Assembly (NCBI GenBank): GCA_026397915.1
Contig: JAPLTX010000045.1
Span: 152,561 to 216,560, forward strand
From: Verrucomicrobiota bacterium
GTDB lineage: Bacteria; Verrucomicrobiota; Verrucomicrobiia; CAIQCK01
Direction of reading: 5' to 3'
Length of the DNA: 64,000 bases
Both the position numbers and the translations under genes were made by a program. Below the pieces are notes generated by a model. That model was not told the DNA's origin. It saw only the letters and a list, made by a program, of their open reading frames with translations, and did not search any database. Of the stretch, positions 46,203 to 57,086 are shown in pieces. How positions within the stretch are numbered: position 1 is the first letter of the stretch; the number at the start of each line of letters is the position of its first letter.

Positions 46203-47379
46203 CCAGCATTGCCAGCGGGTTCTGTCGCGTCTTCAACGGGAACGTCACGTGCTGGCCGTTCAGCCGGTGCGACTCGAAGACGGCGCAAATCATTTCCACG
46301 ACCACGCGGCCATCGAGCGCGCTGCAAAGCGGCGCGCGGTTCTCGCGCATCGCCGCGATGAGGTCGCGGCCGGCGAACAGATGGCGGTTTCCAGTCTCCT
46401 TCACCTCGGCCAGCGGCTCCGGTTTCCCAAGGCCGGCGGAGCTGATCGGCACCCAGATGCGCGGCCTGCCCGGCAGGAACGGACTGCCTGCCAGAAGCTG
46501 CACCAACGGCTCCTTGTCCGAGCGCACGTCCACGATTCCTTTCGTGCCAACGAGCTGCAAACCGAACCCCGTGCCCTTCTCCCCTGCGCCTTGAACCGAA
46601 TCAAAGAACAACGGCACGCCCCGCTCCATCTCGAAGCGCGCGTGAACTTCGTTGCCCGCCAGCGGCCCGACGCCCTCGTCGCCATCCTTCACGTCGCCGC
46701 GCACGACCGGCCGCCCGCCCTGCAAGAGTGTCGCCGAACAAGCGAGCGGTTTGCCTCCGAAATAAGTCGCGAGATTCAACACATGCGAACCCAGCACCCA
46801 CAAGTCCAGTGCCCCGCCGCGCGAATCTTCCTTCCCCCGGGCGCGCAACTCCAATAACCGACCGATGCCGCCCTCCCTCAACAATCTCTCCACCACCGGC
46901 AACACCGGGTGATAACGCCCCACGTGCGCCAACGCCAGCTTCACCTGCCGTCGTTCGCATGCCGCCACAATCTCGTCCGCTTCCGCCGGCGTGCGGCAGA
47001 ACGGCTTCTCGCTGTAGATACCGCGCGCGCCCGCCTCCACCGCCGCGAGCGCCATGTCCCGATGTTCGTCAACAAATCGCGGCGCAATCGCCACGATGTC
47101 CGGCTTTGTCTCCGCGAGCATCGCGCGGTAGTCGGCACAACCTCTGGCGAGCTTGAGCTTCTTTACTTCCGCCGCCAGCCCCTTCTCGTCGGCGTCCGCA
47201 ACGCCAACAATCTCCGTCTCCGGCAGCCGCAACCACATCGTGTCCAGTCCGTGCCCGTAGTTGCCCCGCCCCGTGTGACCGATGACGGCGACGCGGAGTT
47301 TTCGAGCCGGCTCGGCCGCGCGGGAAGCGAGGGCGGCGCTGGAAGCGATGGAAGCAGCGAGAAATTCACGACGGTTCAT
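46198..47379 (-). CDS. Tat-signal Gfo/Idh/MocA-family oxidoreductase (second, divergent member)
   Basis: MNRREFLAASIASSAALA Tat motif; VAVIGHTGRGNYGH Rossmann. Confidence 0.85.
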   Translation of the reverse strand: MNRREFLAASIASSAALASRAAEPARKLRVAVIGHTGRGNYGHGLDTMWLRLPETEIVGVADADEKGLAAEVKKLKLARGCADYRAMLAETKPDIVAIAPRFVDEHRDMALAAVEAGARGIYSEKPFCRTPAEADEIVAACERRQVKLALAHVGRYHPVLPVVERLLREGGIGRLLELRARGKEDSRGGALDLWVLGSHVLNLATYFGGKPLACSATLLQGGRPVVRGDVKDGDEGVGPLAGNEVHARFEMERGVPLFFDSVQGAGEKGTGFGLQLVGTKGIVDVRSDKEPLVQLLAGSPFLPGRPRIWVPISSAGLGKPEPLAEVKETGNRHLFAGRDLIAAMRENRAPLCSALDGRVVVEMICAVFESHRLNGQHVTFPLKTRQNPLAMLG

Positions 47380-47409
47380 AGCAGGAGTCTCCTTTGCATG
47401 GGCGCGATT

Positions 47410-48609
47410 CTACTTTCCGCCAGTAAGCCATTCGAGATTGAAACGGGCGTAGTGCAGTTCATCCCAATAGTGTGTGCTGTCTTTGTTGCCGCGCTCGTAA
47501 ACAAGAGCCACGGTCCCGTCGTCGAGCACAGCAATGTCGGAGTAGGAAGAGGGATGCGGCCAGACAGTCCTCCCCGCTCCCCACACCGAACCTTCGTCCA
47601 CGCTCACGCGGACAGTGAGGTTAGTGCGGCCGTAGGGATGTTCTTCCCGGCGAAGGTTCGACGCCGGGCTGGAGAACAGCAGCCGCCTCTTGTCGTAGCG
47701 TTCCACCGCCCCGTGGCAGCGCGGTGTAATGAGTTCCTCCGCGCGGCGGAGCGGCCCCCAGGTTTCGCCGCCGTCGCGGCTGATCGCCACGCGATGGCGG
47801 AGGTTGGCCGGCGAGTCTGCGGAGCTTTCATCGCGACTGATGAGCATCACGTCGCCGTTGGCTTGCTCAACCAACTGGCATTCGCTCGTGTTCACGCCCA
47901 CCGTGCCGCCGAGCTTCCACGCCGCGCCATGATCGTCGCTATAGAAGCAATGTGCGAAGCTGCGCAGCCTGCCATTGCCGACGTCCTCGCGATGGCGCGC
48001 CGGCACGATGAGGCGGCCAGCCTTAGCGCCGGAGCGAAGCTGGATCATCGCATTGTCCGGCCCGACACCGTAGCGTTGATGCCAGCCCCGCGCCCACACG
48101 GCCGCGTGGCTTTTGCTGGACGGGCTGGCCCGATCGGGTCTTGCAGAGACGACTTTCTCCCATTCAGGCTTTGTGACCTGCGCGTGAATCGAAACCGGTC
48201 CCTGCCATGTCGCGCCGCTGTCGGCGCTGGTCATGCAGGCGAACTGCTTCTTGTCGCGCACGAAGAAGAGCCAGAGCTTTTTCGTGTCGCGGTCGAGGCC
48301 CACGGTGATGTCGGCACACACACGGTCGCCGTCGTCGAGGACGACTTGCTCAGCGCTCCATGTGCGCCCCTTGTCGCGACTGCGTTTGAGAACGATGTCG
48401 GTGTTGCCAACGTCTCCTGGCCCGTCGTTGCGCTTCTCAGCGAAGATGAGCAGGTCGCCGTTCGGTGCTTGGAGGATCGCCGGGATGCGGTAGTTCGGCT
48501 TGTTCTTCGGCGCGATGGGAAAGACGCATGTCGTTTCAAACAGCGGCTCGGCGGCCTGCAAGCTGCCAGCTAGCAAGAGAACCAAAACAGGGAGCAGCGC
48601 ACGCGTCAT
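47410..48609 (-). CDS. Exo-alpha-sialidase (GH33, BNR/Asp-box)
   Basis: YRIPAI (RIP motif) plus Asp-boxes SRDKGRTW, SADSGATW, SRDGGETW, SVDEGSVW. Signal peptide starts at internal Met 48609; the ORF extends to 48729. Confidence 0.85.
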   Translation of the reverse strand: MTRALLPVLVLLLAGSLQAAEPLFETTCVFPIAPKNKPNYRIPAILQAPNGDLLIFAEKRNDGPGDVGNTDIVLKRSRDKGRTWSAEQVVLDDGDRVCADITVGLDRDTKKLWLFFVRDKKQFACMTSADSGATWQGPVSIHAQVTKPEWEKVVSARPDRASPSSKSHAAVWARGWHQRYGVGPDNAMIQLRSGAKAGRLIVPARHREDVGNGRLRSFAHCFYSDDHGAAWKLGGTVGVNTSECQLVEQANGDVMLISRDESSADSPANLRHRVAISRDGGETWGPLRRAEELITPRCHGAVERYDKRRLLFSSPASNLRREEHPYGRTNLTVRVSVDEGSVWGAGRTVWPHPSSYSDIAVLDDGTVALVYERGNKDSTHYWDELHYARFNLEWLTGGK

Positions 48610-50609
48610 TGGCCCAGTCCGTGTTTCAAGATGAAGGCCAGCATCGCCTCGGACTCGAAGAAAGCCGGGTCGTGCTGATGGCCTTTGCCGGGGACAACGG
48701 TCAGTTCCATCGGCCCGCCGAGTGCGCAATAACGGTCGTAGATGACCTGGCTGTTCCTCTCCAACGGCACCACTTTGTCGGCGTCGCCGTGGATGTGGAA
48801 AACCGGAATCTTTGCCTTCGCAATCGGCGCGAGCCTCTCGATGGGATTGTGCTTCGCAAGCTGTGCGTCGAGGTCAGCCTCGCTCATGTGATACGCCGGC
48901 GCGGCGCGCTTGAAACCGGGGTAGCTCCGCAGGTCGCCAACAGGAAAGATGCCGGCGATGCACCGGACCCAATCCGGGTGGTCAGCGGCAAAGTTGTAGT
49001 GATTCAGCCCACCGCGGCTTTGCGCAAGCAGACACGCCTTCGGCAAGAGGCCGTAGGTTTTGGTGACATGGTGGTAGAATGCCGTGAACTGCTCCCGGCT
49101 CTTGGGATTGGCGAAGGTTTCGCCGACATAGATGCCGGCGACGTAGAAACCGTTCGTCAGCAGCCGCGACAACAGCCACGTGTTCACCGTGCTCGGATGA
49201 TGGCCAATCGTCGGCGCATACCAGACCCACGGCTTCGCGCCGCCGGGTGCGGGTTTGAACGGATGGATAACGAACGCCTCGCAGCCAGCGACCTCGAAGT
49301 TGTCGCGCTGCGCGCCGTAATTGGTGCGCTGGTCGAGCGCCGGCGTGTCTTTGCCATCGGTGAGCCATTCGAGATTGAAACGCGCGAGCGTGAGATAGGC
49401 GTAGCTCGTGGGCTTTTTCCTCTCAGCGTCTGCTTCGCGGCCGCGTTCGTAGAAGCAGAGGATCGTGCCGTCCGCCAGCACGGCAAGGTCGCTGTAGGCG
49501 CTGTAGCCGGGTTCCAGCGCCTTGTTCACCGGCCATGTCTTGCATTCATCGTAGCTGAGCTTGATGGAGAGGTTTCGCCGGTCGCGGCTGACGCCTTCCT
49601 TGGCCTTGCCGTCGCGGCGATCAAGGTTGTGCGGGTTCGCAAAGAGAATCCGGTTCTTGTCGTTGTCGGGCTTGCGACTATAGCGGACGATGCTCCCCAT
49701 GCAGATCGGATCCAGCAACTGGTCGTTGAAGACCGGCCTAGTCCAGCCGGTTGCGCCATCCTTGCTGTTGGTCTGGATGCGCCGGTGCGCGTCGGACTCG
49801 CTGCGGGCGTTGAGAAGCACGTTGCCATTCGTGAGTTGCACCACGACGGTCTCGTTCGGATAGCGATACGGTGCCTTGTCGGGAATGGCGATCTCGCCGC
49901 GCTGCCAGCTCTTGCCGTGATCGTCGCTGTAGATCGTGCTCGTCACCGACGGCCGGTGCGCGTGGTTGCCTGTGCCGAGCGACATCCAGATGGGGACTAC
50001 GAGCCGCCCCTTGTATGGGCCGTGCGTCAGTTGGATGCCGTGGTCGGGGCCGGTTGCGATGACTTTCCAATCGTAGTCCTTGCGGAATTGCTCGAACGTC
50101 GCGGTGATCTCGACCGGCTTTGACCACGTCACGCCCTCGTCGTCGCTGCGCATGTAGAAGCAGCGGCAATATTCGAGGCAGTAAAGAAAATGCACCGCGC
50201 CCGTCTCGCGGTCGGCGATGGCGACGGGATTGTTGGCCGTGTTATCGCCGGGCTTGTCGAGCTTCTGCGCAGCAGCGACGGGGTTGACCGGCAGTTCGCC
50301 CTCAACATGGACGATGCATTGCCGCGGCAACCACGTCTTTCCTCCGTCGGTGCTACGGCGCATCATCGTGTCAATCGGCCCCCAGTCGCCCTTTGCATTT
50401 TTGCGCGCCTCGCACCAAACGAGCACGGCGCCTTTCTTCGTCACCACGACGCCGGGGATACGGTAGAGCGCGTAGTCGTCCTTGCCGGACTCAAAGAGGT
50501 CAGTCTTCTCAACGAATGGCAGCGCCGCCCGGACGGACATAGCAAGCAGCGGAACCAGCGCAGCGGCAATACAAAGAAACAAGCCGCGGTAGAGAGAATT
50601 GATTTTCAT
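48606..50609 (-). CDS. GH33 sialidase fused to a C-terminal alpha/beta-hydrolase esterase domain (candidate sialate O-acetylesterase activity)
   Basis: N-terminal YRIPGV RIP motif and Asp-boxes [25 protein letters not shown]-terminal AQSRGG (GxSxG-like), HGDADKVVP, GKGHQ catalytic-triad-like blocks. Start at Met 50609 (MKINSLYRGLF...). Confidence 0.75.
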   Translation of the reverse strand: MKINSLYRGLFLCIAAALVPLLAMSVRAALPFVEKTDLFESGKDDYALYRIPGVVVTKKGAVLVWCEARKNAKGDWGPIDTMMRRSTDGGKTWLPRQCIVHVEGELPVNPVAAAQKLDKPGDNTANNPVAIADRETGAVHFLYCLEYCRCFYMRSDDEGVTWSKPVEITATFEQFRKDYDWKVIATGPDHGIQLTHGPYKGRLVVPIWMSLGTGNHAHRPSVTSTIYSDDHGKSWQRGEIAIPDKAPYRYPNETVVVQLTNGNVLLNARSESDAHRRIQTNSKDGATGWTRPVFNDQLLDPICMGSIVRYSRKPDNDKNRILFANPHNLDRRDGKAKEGVSRDRRNLSIKLSYDECKTWPVNKALEPGYSAYSDLAVLADGTILCFYERGREADAERKKPTSYAYLTLARFNLEWLTDGKDTPALDQRTNYGAQRDNFEVAGCEAFVIHPFKPAPGGAKPWVWYAPTIGHHPSTVNTWLLSRLLTNGFYVAGIYVGETFANPKSREQFTAFYHHVTKTYGLLPKACLLAQSRGGLNHYNFAADHPDWVRCIAGIFPVGDLRSYPGFKRAAPAYHMSEADLDAQLAKHNPIERLAPIAKAKIPVFHIHGDADKVVPLERNSQVIYDRYCALGGPMELTVVPGKGHQHDPAFFESEAMLAFILKHGLGQ

Positions 50610-50762
50610 AATGGCCTCAATTACTGGAAACGATACCACGCCGACTCAATCGGGAAGAACTGCTAAAGATGGAGCTAATCGCAGCAAGAGTATCCACGCT
50701 CAGCGCGGCAGCGAATGCCGTTGCCATAAACCAATTCGACGTCCGCATAGGATGTTCCTTCT

Positions 50763-52028
50763 TCAGAATCCGAGCGATTGTTTCACGACAGCCATCGTTG
50801 CGGCCTGCCGCTGCTCCACAAACGCCATCGCCTTCTTCACCTTCGCCAGCGCGGCGGGATAGTCGGCGTGGATTGTGAACAGTGTCTCCGCCATCTTCGT
50901 CGCGGGCGTGGAATCGAACTCCAGCAGCCATTCCGGCAGACCAATGTCGCGGAACATCCAGCATTTCGGGCTGTGGAACTCCGAGTAGGTGTGGATGACC
51001 GGCGTGCCGTTGGCCAGAGCGATGATGAGCGAGTGCGGCTCGTGACAAATGGCAGTGTGGGCGCGCGCGAAGACCGATGCGGCTTCATCGGCGTTCCAGA
51101 AGGCGTCAAGGTTGACGACGTGCTTGCGGATGTCCTCCGGCAGCGGGTCGTGGAGGAGCCGCTTGTTGTGCTCCATCTCCTTCTTCACTTCGGGCGCAAT
51201 GAGCACCTTGAAGCCGGTTCGTTTCACCCAACGCGTGATCAGGTCGCGCTACACGGCCGCGCGGCGCTCGTCGTCGGCGATTTGTTGCGGTGAAGGGTGC
51301 AACGGGTTGAGGCTGGGCACTCGTTTGTCGTCCACGCCCGGGAGCTTGGCAGTGTTGGTTCGAAGCTGGATCGTGATAAACTTTCGATCTTCCAATCCGA
51401 GCTTCTTCATCGTGGCCAGCCCGCGTTCGTCGTCGCGCACGTCAATGCCGAAGCAACCGTCGGGACCGAACTCCAGCACCGGCGGTTTCAGTCCGGCGTT
51501 GCGGAGAATGTTGAGGGTCTTGGTTTCCCGACAGTAGATGAACGCCGCGCCGTTGAGCAGCGCCATGCGCTCCGTCGCGCCCTTGCCTTCGACCATGCTG
51601 GGAAAGTAGGACTGGCCATAGAGGCCGTATGGCTTGCCAGCTTTCCGGCAGAACTCCATGAAACTCGTGTCCTGACCCATGCCGGAGTTTCGGATGAACA
51701 GGTCACAGCGGCGGATGGCCTCGCGCAATCGTTCATCCCGTTCGCTCTTGCCGGTCAGACTGCCTTGCAGGAACTCCACCTTGGGGAAACGGCGGCGCAG
51801 CATGGCGGCGACGCGCTCGTCGAGTTTCATCGCCCACACGACGACGCGCACATCCGGCAGATGCTGCTCGATGATCCGTAACGTGCCCGGGGTGTGGCCG
51901 ATGTCGCCAATATTGACGGTGTCCCAAGCGGACTGGAGCAGGATCGTCTTCGGTTTCGCCGACGCGGCAAGAGCGGAGACGCCGAGCGCGGCGCTGAGAG
52001 TTGAAATGAAATGACGTCGAGTAGTCAT
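50763..52028 (-). pseudogene. Polysaccharide pyruvyl-transferase-like protein with Tat-type signal, interrupted by an in-frame TAG (51246-51248)
   Basis: ORFs 51249..52193 (from Met 52028, MTTRRHFIS...) and 50763..51227 are in the same frame, separated only by ...RRAAV*RDLITRWVKRTGFK.... N-terminal ILLQSAWDTVNIGDIGH resembles the pyruvyl-transferase fold. Confidence 0.55.
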
Positions 52029-53215
52029 GGTAGTGGTGGCAATTTTGCACCGCAATAGACGGCGCGGTAGCGGTTGTCGTCGAAGGCGAAGTGGAGCCAT
52101 TGCTTGTCCTTGCTCACAAAACCATCGGGATAGTTCATCCGTCCTTTCGGGCCGTCGCAGGATTCCGGCAGAAGCACGCGGCGGTAAGGCCACGTCTTCA
52201 TGCCGTCAAAGCTGATCCAAAGTGCCATCGGGCTGCGGTGTTTCGGATTCGGATTGTGCAGTAACGCGACGCTATCGCCACCGAGCGGATAGAGCGTCGC
52301 TTTCGATCCGGGGTTCGGGATGTCGGACTTCGTCCCGAACTCCGGCCAAGTGCGACCGCCGTCCTTGGACTCGGCGTAATAGAGCACGCCACCGAGCCGG
52401 TCGCCGCGGATGATCATGGCGATGCGTCCGTCGCTCAGTTCGACGATGTTGTTCTCGGCCCAACCATGATAGCGGTCGTCGGAGGTGAGGCGGATGTTGC
52501 CGTGCTCGGTCCATGTCTTGCCACCATCGCTGCTCATGAGCACGCCGTTGCGCGGGTTGCTAACGTAGTGGGCCAGCGCCTTGTGCCACGGCTTTTCCTC
52601 CGGCGACGGAGGCGGCGTGCCGGCCGGCGGGCCGAGGTAATGCTGGAACGGGATCAGAATGCGTCCATCGCGCGTGACGATGTGGTTGCGGATGAAGGTG
52701 AAGTTCGCCAACCGGCCGGGCATCGGCTGCGGCTTGCTCCACGTGCGGCAACAATCGTCGCTGAACATCATCCATGACCGCCAGTCACGCCCCCACGTCT
52801 GCGAGTGCGTCGAGAAGAACAGCGTGCAGCGGTTGCCACGCACCATCAGTTCCGTCGGGCCTTGGCCGCTGGTCTTGCCTTCGCGCGGAAAGCCGATGTC
52901 CACGGGTTGCAGCGGCGACCATGTCTTGCCGCCGTCGGTGCTGCGCGTCAGGCCGGTGTAGTTCTTCGGCGATGGCTCGAAGTCGTCGCCCGCGAGCATG
53001 AACAACACCCACGAGCCGTCAGACAACTCCCGCAGCGTCGTGTCGCAGACCAGCTTGTTCGGCGTCTTGCCATCATAGGCGATGGTCGTGCGGTCTTGCC
53101 TTGCATCCTCGGCGGCCTGCTTCTCCCAATCGGCTGCGGAGACCGCGACACAAACAAGACCGGTCATGACGCTCTCGGTAAGGTGACTCAGCAAAAGGTT
53201 GTGCCGGATGTTCAT
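52025..53215 (-). CDS. BNR/Asp-box repeat glycosidase (sialidase-like beta-propeller)
   Basis: Asp-boxes [32 protein letters not shown]. Start at Met 53215 (MNIRHNLLL... signal/TM). ATGA overlap with the downstream pyruvyl-transferase-like gene. Confidence 0.75.
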   Translation of the reverse strand: MNIRHNLLLSHLTESVMTGLVCVAVSAADWEKQAAEDARQDRTTIAYDGKTPNKLVCDTTLRELSDGSWVLFMLAGDDFEPSPKNYTGLTRSTDGGKTWSPLQPVDIGFPREGKTSGQGPTELMVRGNRCTLFFSTHSQTWGRDWRSWMMFSDDCCRTWSKPQPMPGRLANFTFIRNHIVTRDGRILIPFQHYLGPPAGTPPPSPEEKPWHKALAHYVSNPRNGVLMSSDGGKTWTEHGNIRLTSDDRYHGWAENNIVELSDGRIAMIIRGDRLGGVLYYAESKDGGRTWPEFGTKSDIPNPGSKATLYPLGGDSVALLHNPNPKHRSPMALWISFDGMKTWPYRRVLLPESCDGPKGRMNYPDGFVSKDKQWLHFAFDDNRYRAVYCGAKLPPLP

Positions 53216-53385
53216 GGTCTGACTTGGCGGTGTTTCTCTCCAAAAGTCCGAAGCAATACCACGCCGACTCTGCCGGAAAGAACTGCGAGTAGTAAAGCCC
53301 TTCGTAACGACATGCGCCGTCGTGCTGGTGCGGTCCGCGTTTTTCTCCCTTGCACAACGAATCCGCCGCGTCATCATACGCTCCG

Positions 53386-54933
53386 ATGAAACCTTGCGCC
53401 GCCGCCCTGCTCGCCACGCTCGTATCCTGTCTCATCACCATCGCCGCGGACAACGACACCCCCAACATCAACTCCGCAAACAACGCCATGCGCCTGCTGG
53501 CCGTCGGCCAGTTCGACGAAGCTGTTGCACAACTCGACGCGCCCGAACTGCGCGCCCTGCCCGCGCTCAAAACGCGCGTGCTCGCCGCACTCGGCACCAA
53601 ATCGCCCAACCCCGTCACCCTTTTCCTGCGCAACGGCGTTGTCGTCACAGGCGTCATCTCCGCCGCCAGCCCGGCCGACCTGACCGTGACCAAGCTCGGC
53701 AACGTCACCGCCCGCGTGCCGTGGGGCGATCTCAAGCCCGCCTCGCTCTACGCGGTGCTCGGCAGCGCCGCCGACGCGCGTTCCGCCGATGAACAACTCG
53801 GTCTCGGCATCCTTGCGCGCTCTCTCCGGCTTGAAGCGCAGGCGCAAGCGCACTTCACCGCTGCGTTTGATCTCGACCCTATGCTGGCGCCAAGGATCAC
53901 CTTTTGGAGTGGCCGGCCGCTCAACGCCCGCCAGCAAGCCGTGCTCAACGCCGCTGCGCAAATGGTCTCGATTTTCAAAGGCCGCGTTCGCCCGCTCGCT
54001 GGCGGTCGCATTGAAATCAGCTACGACTTCTCCCGGCCTGAACAACTCAGCGACTGGCGCGGCGTCGGCGGCACCAGCAACGATTGGAAGATCGTCAACG
54101 GCGCGCTCACCACTACCGCGCTCGCCGCCGACCCACTTCTGTGGCGCGCCGTCGTCACCGGCCCCGTAGAAGTCGGTGCACGACTCAACACGCCCGAGCA
54201 AGGCTACACCGCGGTGGGTCTGGCTGCATGGGCCGACGCCGAGCCGCCCAACGGCTTGCGCAGCCAGTTTGCCGCCATCAAGAGCGACCGCAAATTCGCC
54301 TTGCGCGCCGGCACGGATTGGGTTGCTGAGGCCGATCTTGCGTCTGCCGCCGAATTGTCCCCCGTCACCATCTCAGCCGATGGCCGCCAAGTTCGCGCAA
54401 GCGTCAACAACGCAGCGCCGCTCACCGCTTCACTCAACCAACCCCCGTCGCTTATCGCCCTGCGCGGCGGACTCGATACCAAAGCCGTCTTCGACGATAT
54501 CCGCATCACGGTCACGCTCGACCCCGGCTGGCTCGCCACCGAGCGTTGGCTGCGAGGCTCCGCGCCGTTGCCCAAGCCCGCGCGCATGGACAGCGCCAAA
54601 CCGTGGCAGGACAGCGGCCTCGACCTGCAACTAGGCCGCCGCTACCGCGTCGTAGTGCGCGGTGACTGGAACAGCTCGCCGCTCTTCGGTCCGTCCACTG
54701 CTGACGGCTCGCCCTCGCTCGACAACGCTCTCGGTGCATCGCTACGCAACCAGTCGCTCGTCGGCCGCGTTGGCGCCAACGGCCGGCCTTTCCAGCTTGG
54801 CTGCGATCGGATACTTGCCAGCCCTGCCAGCGGCCGACTGTTCATGCAGATCAACTCCGTCAGACTCGACGGATACAAAGGCGTCTTGGAGGTCTGGGTC
54901 CTGCCCGCGGACGGCGCCGTCTCGCCGCGGTAA
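53386..54933 (+). CDS. Hypothetical secreted protein
   Basis: Signal peptide [21 protein letters not shown]; no recognisable domain; codon usage consistent with the genome. Confidence 0.5.
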   Translation: MKPCAAALLATLVSCLITIAADNDTPNINSANNAMRLLAVGQFDEAVAQLDAPELRALPALKTRVLAALGTKSPNPVTLFLRNGVVVTGVISAASPADLTVTKLGNVTARVPWGDLKPASLYAVLGSAADARSADEQLGLGILARSLRLEAQAQAHFTAAFDLDPMLAPRITFWSGRPLNARQQAVLNAAAQMVSIFKGRVRPLAGGRIEISYDFSRPEQLSDWRGVGGTSNDWKIVNGALTTTALAADPLLWRAVVTGPVEVGARLNTPEQGYTAVGLAAWADAEPPNGLRSQFAAIKSDRKFALRAGTDWVAEADLASAAELSPVTISADGRQVRASVNNAAPLTASLNQPPSLIALRGGLDTKAVFDDIRITVTLDPGWLATERWLRGSAPLPKPARMDSAKPWQDSGLDLQLGRRYRVVVRGDWNSSPLFGPSTADGSPSLDNALGASLRNQSLVGRVGANGRPFQLGCDRILASPASGRLFMQINSVRLDGYKGVLEVWVLPADGAVSPR

Positions 54934-54960
54934 GCCAGCCATACCGCTTGCAGAAACAGC

Positions 54961-57069
54961 GTGCAGATGGATTTCGCGCTTGCTCCTTTGCGGCAAAACC
55001 ATACGCTCGCCGCCGTGACTACCGTCGAAGCCGCCCCTCGCCAATCATCATCTTTGCCGCTCTACGCCGGCACAATCTTTCTAAGCGCGTTCCTGCTCTT
55101 CCTCGTGCAGCCGATCATTGCCAAGCAAATCCTGCCGTGGTTCGGTGGTTCGGCGGCGGTCTGGGCAACGTGCATGGTGTTTTTCCAAATGGCGCTGCTG
55201 GCGGGCTATGCTTACGCGGACTGGACGACGCGCCACCTCGCGCCGCGGCGGCAGGTGATGCTTCATGCCTGCTTGCTCGTCCTAAGTCTGCTGCTGCTGC
55301 CAATCGTCCCCACCGCCGCGTGGAAGCCGACGGGCGCGGAAAACCCAAGCTGGCTGATTCTCGGTCTGCTCGCGGCGACGATCGGCCTGCCGTATCTGCT
55401 GCTCTCAACAACCACGCCGCTGGCGCAAGCGTGGTTTGCTCGGCGGCATCGTCATGTGATGCCCTATCGGCTTTTCGCACTCTCCAACCTCGCGTCGCTG
55501 CTGGCGCTCTTGGCGTATCCGTTTGTCATCGAGCCGTGGGTGAGCGCACGCGTGCAGTCGCTCGCATGGTCGGCGTGCTACGTGATCTTCGCCGCGCTAT
55601 GTGTCTGGGCCGCCGTGGCCAGCGCGCGCGTCACCGGCGGGACGCCCACCGTGGAGCCTGCGAACGACGCGCCCGCAGCCGCAAAGCCCGGCCTCGGTCT
55701 GCAACTCGAATGGCTGGCGCTGGCAGCGATGGGGTCGTTCATGCTGCTGGCGGTCACCAACCACCTCTGCCAGAACGTCGCCTCGGTGCCGTTCCTGTGG
55801 ATCGCACCGCTCGCGATCTACCTGGCGAGCTTCATCTTCTGCTTCGACCATCCGCGCTGGTATCGGCGCATCGTGTTCCTGCCGCTGGTGGCCGTGGCGC
55901 TGCCGCTGATGGCGCATCACGCAAGCTCGCTGGAACTACGACAGGTTGTGACACTCTTCGCCGGCGGGCTGTTCGTTTGCTGCATGTGCTGCCACGGCGA
56001 ACTGGCGCGGAGCAAACCGGTGCCGCAGTTCCTGACCACGTTCTACCTCATGATCAGCATCGGCGGCGCGCTCGGCGGGTTGCTGGTTGGAATGGTCGCG
56101 CCGTATTTGCTGCGGGGCTTTTTCGAGGTCAGCATCGGCCTGGTGGCTTGCGCCGCGCTGCTCGCGTTTTGCGCGCGCCGCGTCGGCTGGTGGGCCGTTG
56201 TTCTCGGCGTCGTGGTGGTCGGCGTGACGGCCCGTGACGCCGCCAAGGCGGTGAAGGAACAGATCGCCGACGCGCGTGTCATGCGGCGCAATTTCTACGG
56301 CGCGATCCGGACGACCGACTCCGATCCGCCGCAGTCGTTCCGGTCGCTCATGCACGGCGACATTCTGCACGGCGGGCAGTTTCTCGATCTCGAGGAGCGG
56401 TTTTCGGCAAACACCTACTTCGCGCCGACGAGCGGCTTTGGGCGAATGTTTGCGAGCCTGCCGAGCGCGCCGCGCAAGGTCGGTGTCGTCGGCCTGGGTG
56501 CCGGCTCCATTATCGCGTATGCCCGCAAGGGCGACCTCTTCCGATTCTACGAGATCAACCCACAAGTGGTGGAACTGGCGCGCACCGAGTTCACCTTCCT
56601 GACGCAAGGACCGGCGAAGACCGAGGTGGTGCTGGGCGACGGCCGGTTGAGCCTCGAACGCGAACCGTCCCAGCAGTTCGACGCGCTGGTGCTCGATGCG
56701 TTCTCCGGCGACGCCATCCCGCTCCATCTCCTCACGCGCGAGGCGATGGCGATCTACCTCAAACATCTCAAGCCCGGCGGCGCGCTCATCTTTCAGGCGA
56801 CAAACCGCTACGTGGACATCGCCCCCGTCGTCGCGACGCTGGCGGCGAGAGTGGGCATGACCGCCGTGATGGTTACCGACGACGTGGACGCCGAAGGCGA
56901 CGGTTCGGAAACGTGGTTCTACAACACCGATCAGATCATCGTCACCTCGAACAAGGCGTTGCTGGCAGCCCCCCAAATCCGCGAGGGAGGCAAGGTGATC
57001 AAACCGCAGCCCGATTTCCCCCTCTGGACCGACGACTACAACAACCTCTTCCGTGTTCTCAAACGCTGA
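54961..57069 (+). CDS. Multi-pass membrane domain fused to spermidine-synthase-like (polyamine aminopropyltransferase fold) domain
   Basis: About 12 TM segments N-terminally; C-terminal VGVVGLGAGSII...VLDAFSGDAIPLHLLTREA resembles a spermidine synthase catalytic domain. Confidence 0.65.
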   Translation: MQMDFALAPLRQNHTLAAVTTVEAAPRQSSSLPLYAGTIFLSAFLLFLVQPIIAKQILPWFGGSAAVWATCMVFFQMALLAGYAYADWTTRHLAPRRQVMLHACLLVLSLLLLPIVPTAAWKPTGAENPSWLILGLLAATIGLPYLLLSTTTPLAQAWFARRHRHVMPYRLFALSNLASLLALLAYPFVIEPWVSARVQSLAWSACYVIFAALCVWAAVASARVTGGTPTVEPANDAPAAAKPGLGLQLEWLALAAMGSFMLLAVTNHLCQNVASVPFLWIAPLAIYLASFIFCFDHPRWYRRIVFLPLVAVALPLMAHHASSLELRQVVTLFAGGLFVCCMCCHGELARSKPVPQFLTTFYLMISIGGALGGLLVGMVAPYLLRGFFEVSIGLVACAALLAFCARRVGWWAVVLGVVVVGVTARDAAKAVKEQIADARVMRRNFYGAIRTTDSDPPQSFRSLMHGDILHGGQFLDLEERFSANTYFAPTSGFGRMFASLPSAPRKVGVVGLGAGSIIAYARKGDLFRFYEINPQVVELARTEFTFLTQGPAKTEVVLGDGRLSLEREPSQQFDALVLDAFSGDAIPLHLLTREAMAIYLKHLKPGGALIFQATNRYVDIAPVVATLAARVGMTAVMVTDDVDAEGDGSETWFYNTDQIIVTSNKALLAAPQIREGGKVIKPQPDFPLWTDDYNNLFRVLKR

Positions 57070-57086
57070 TTAGTTCCACCTTGGGG

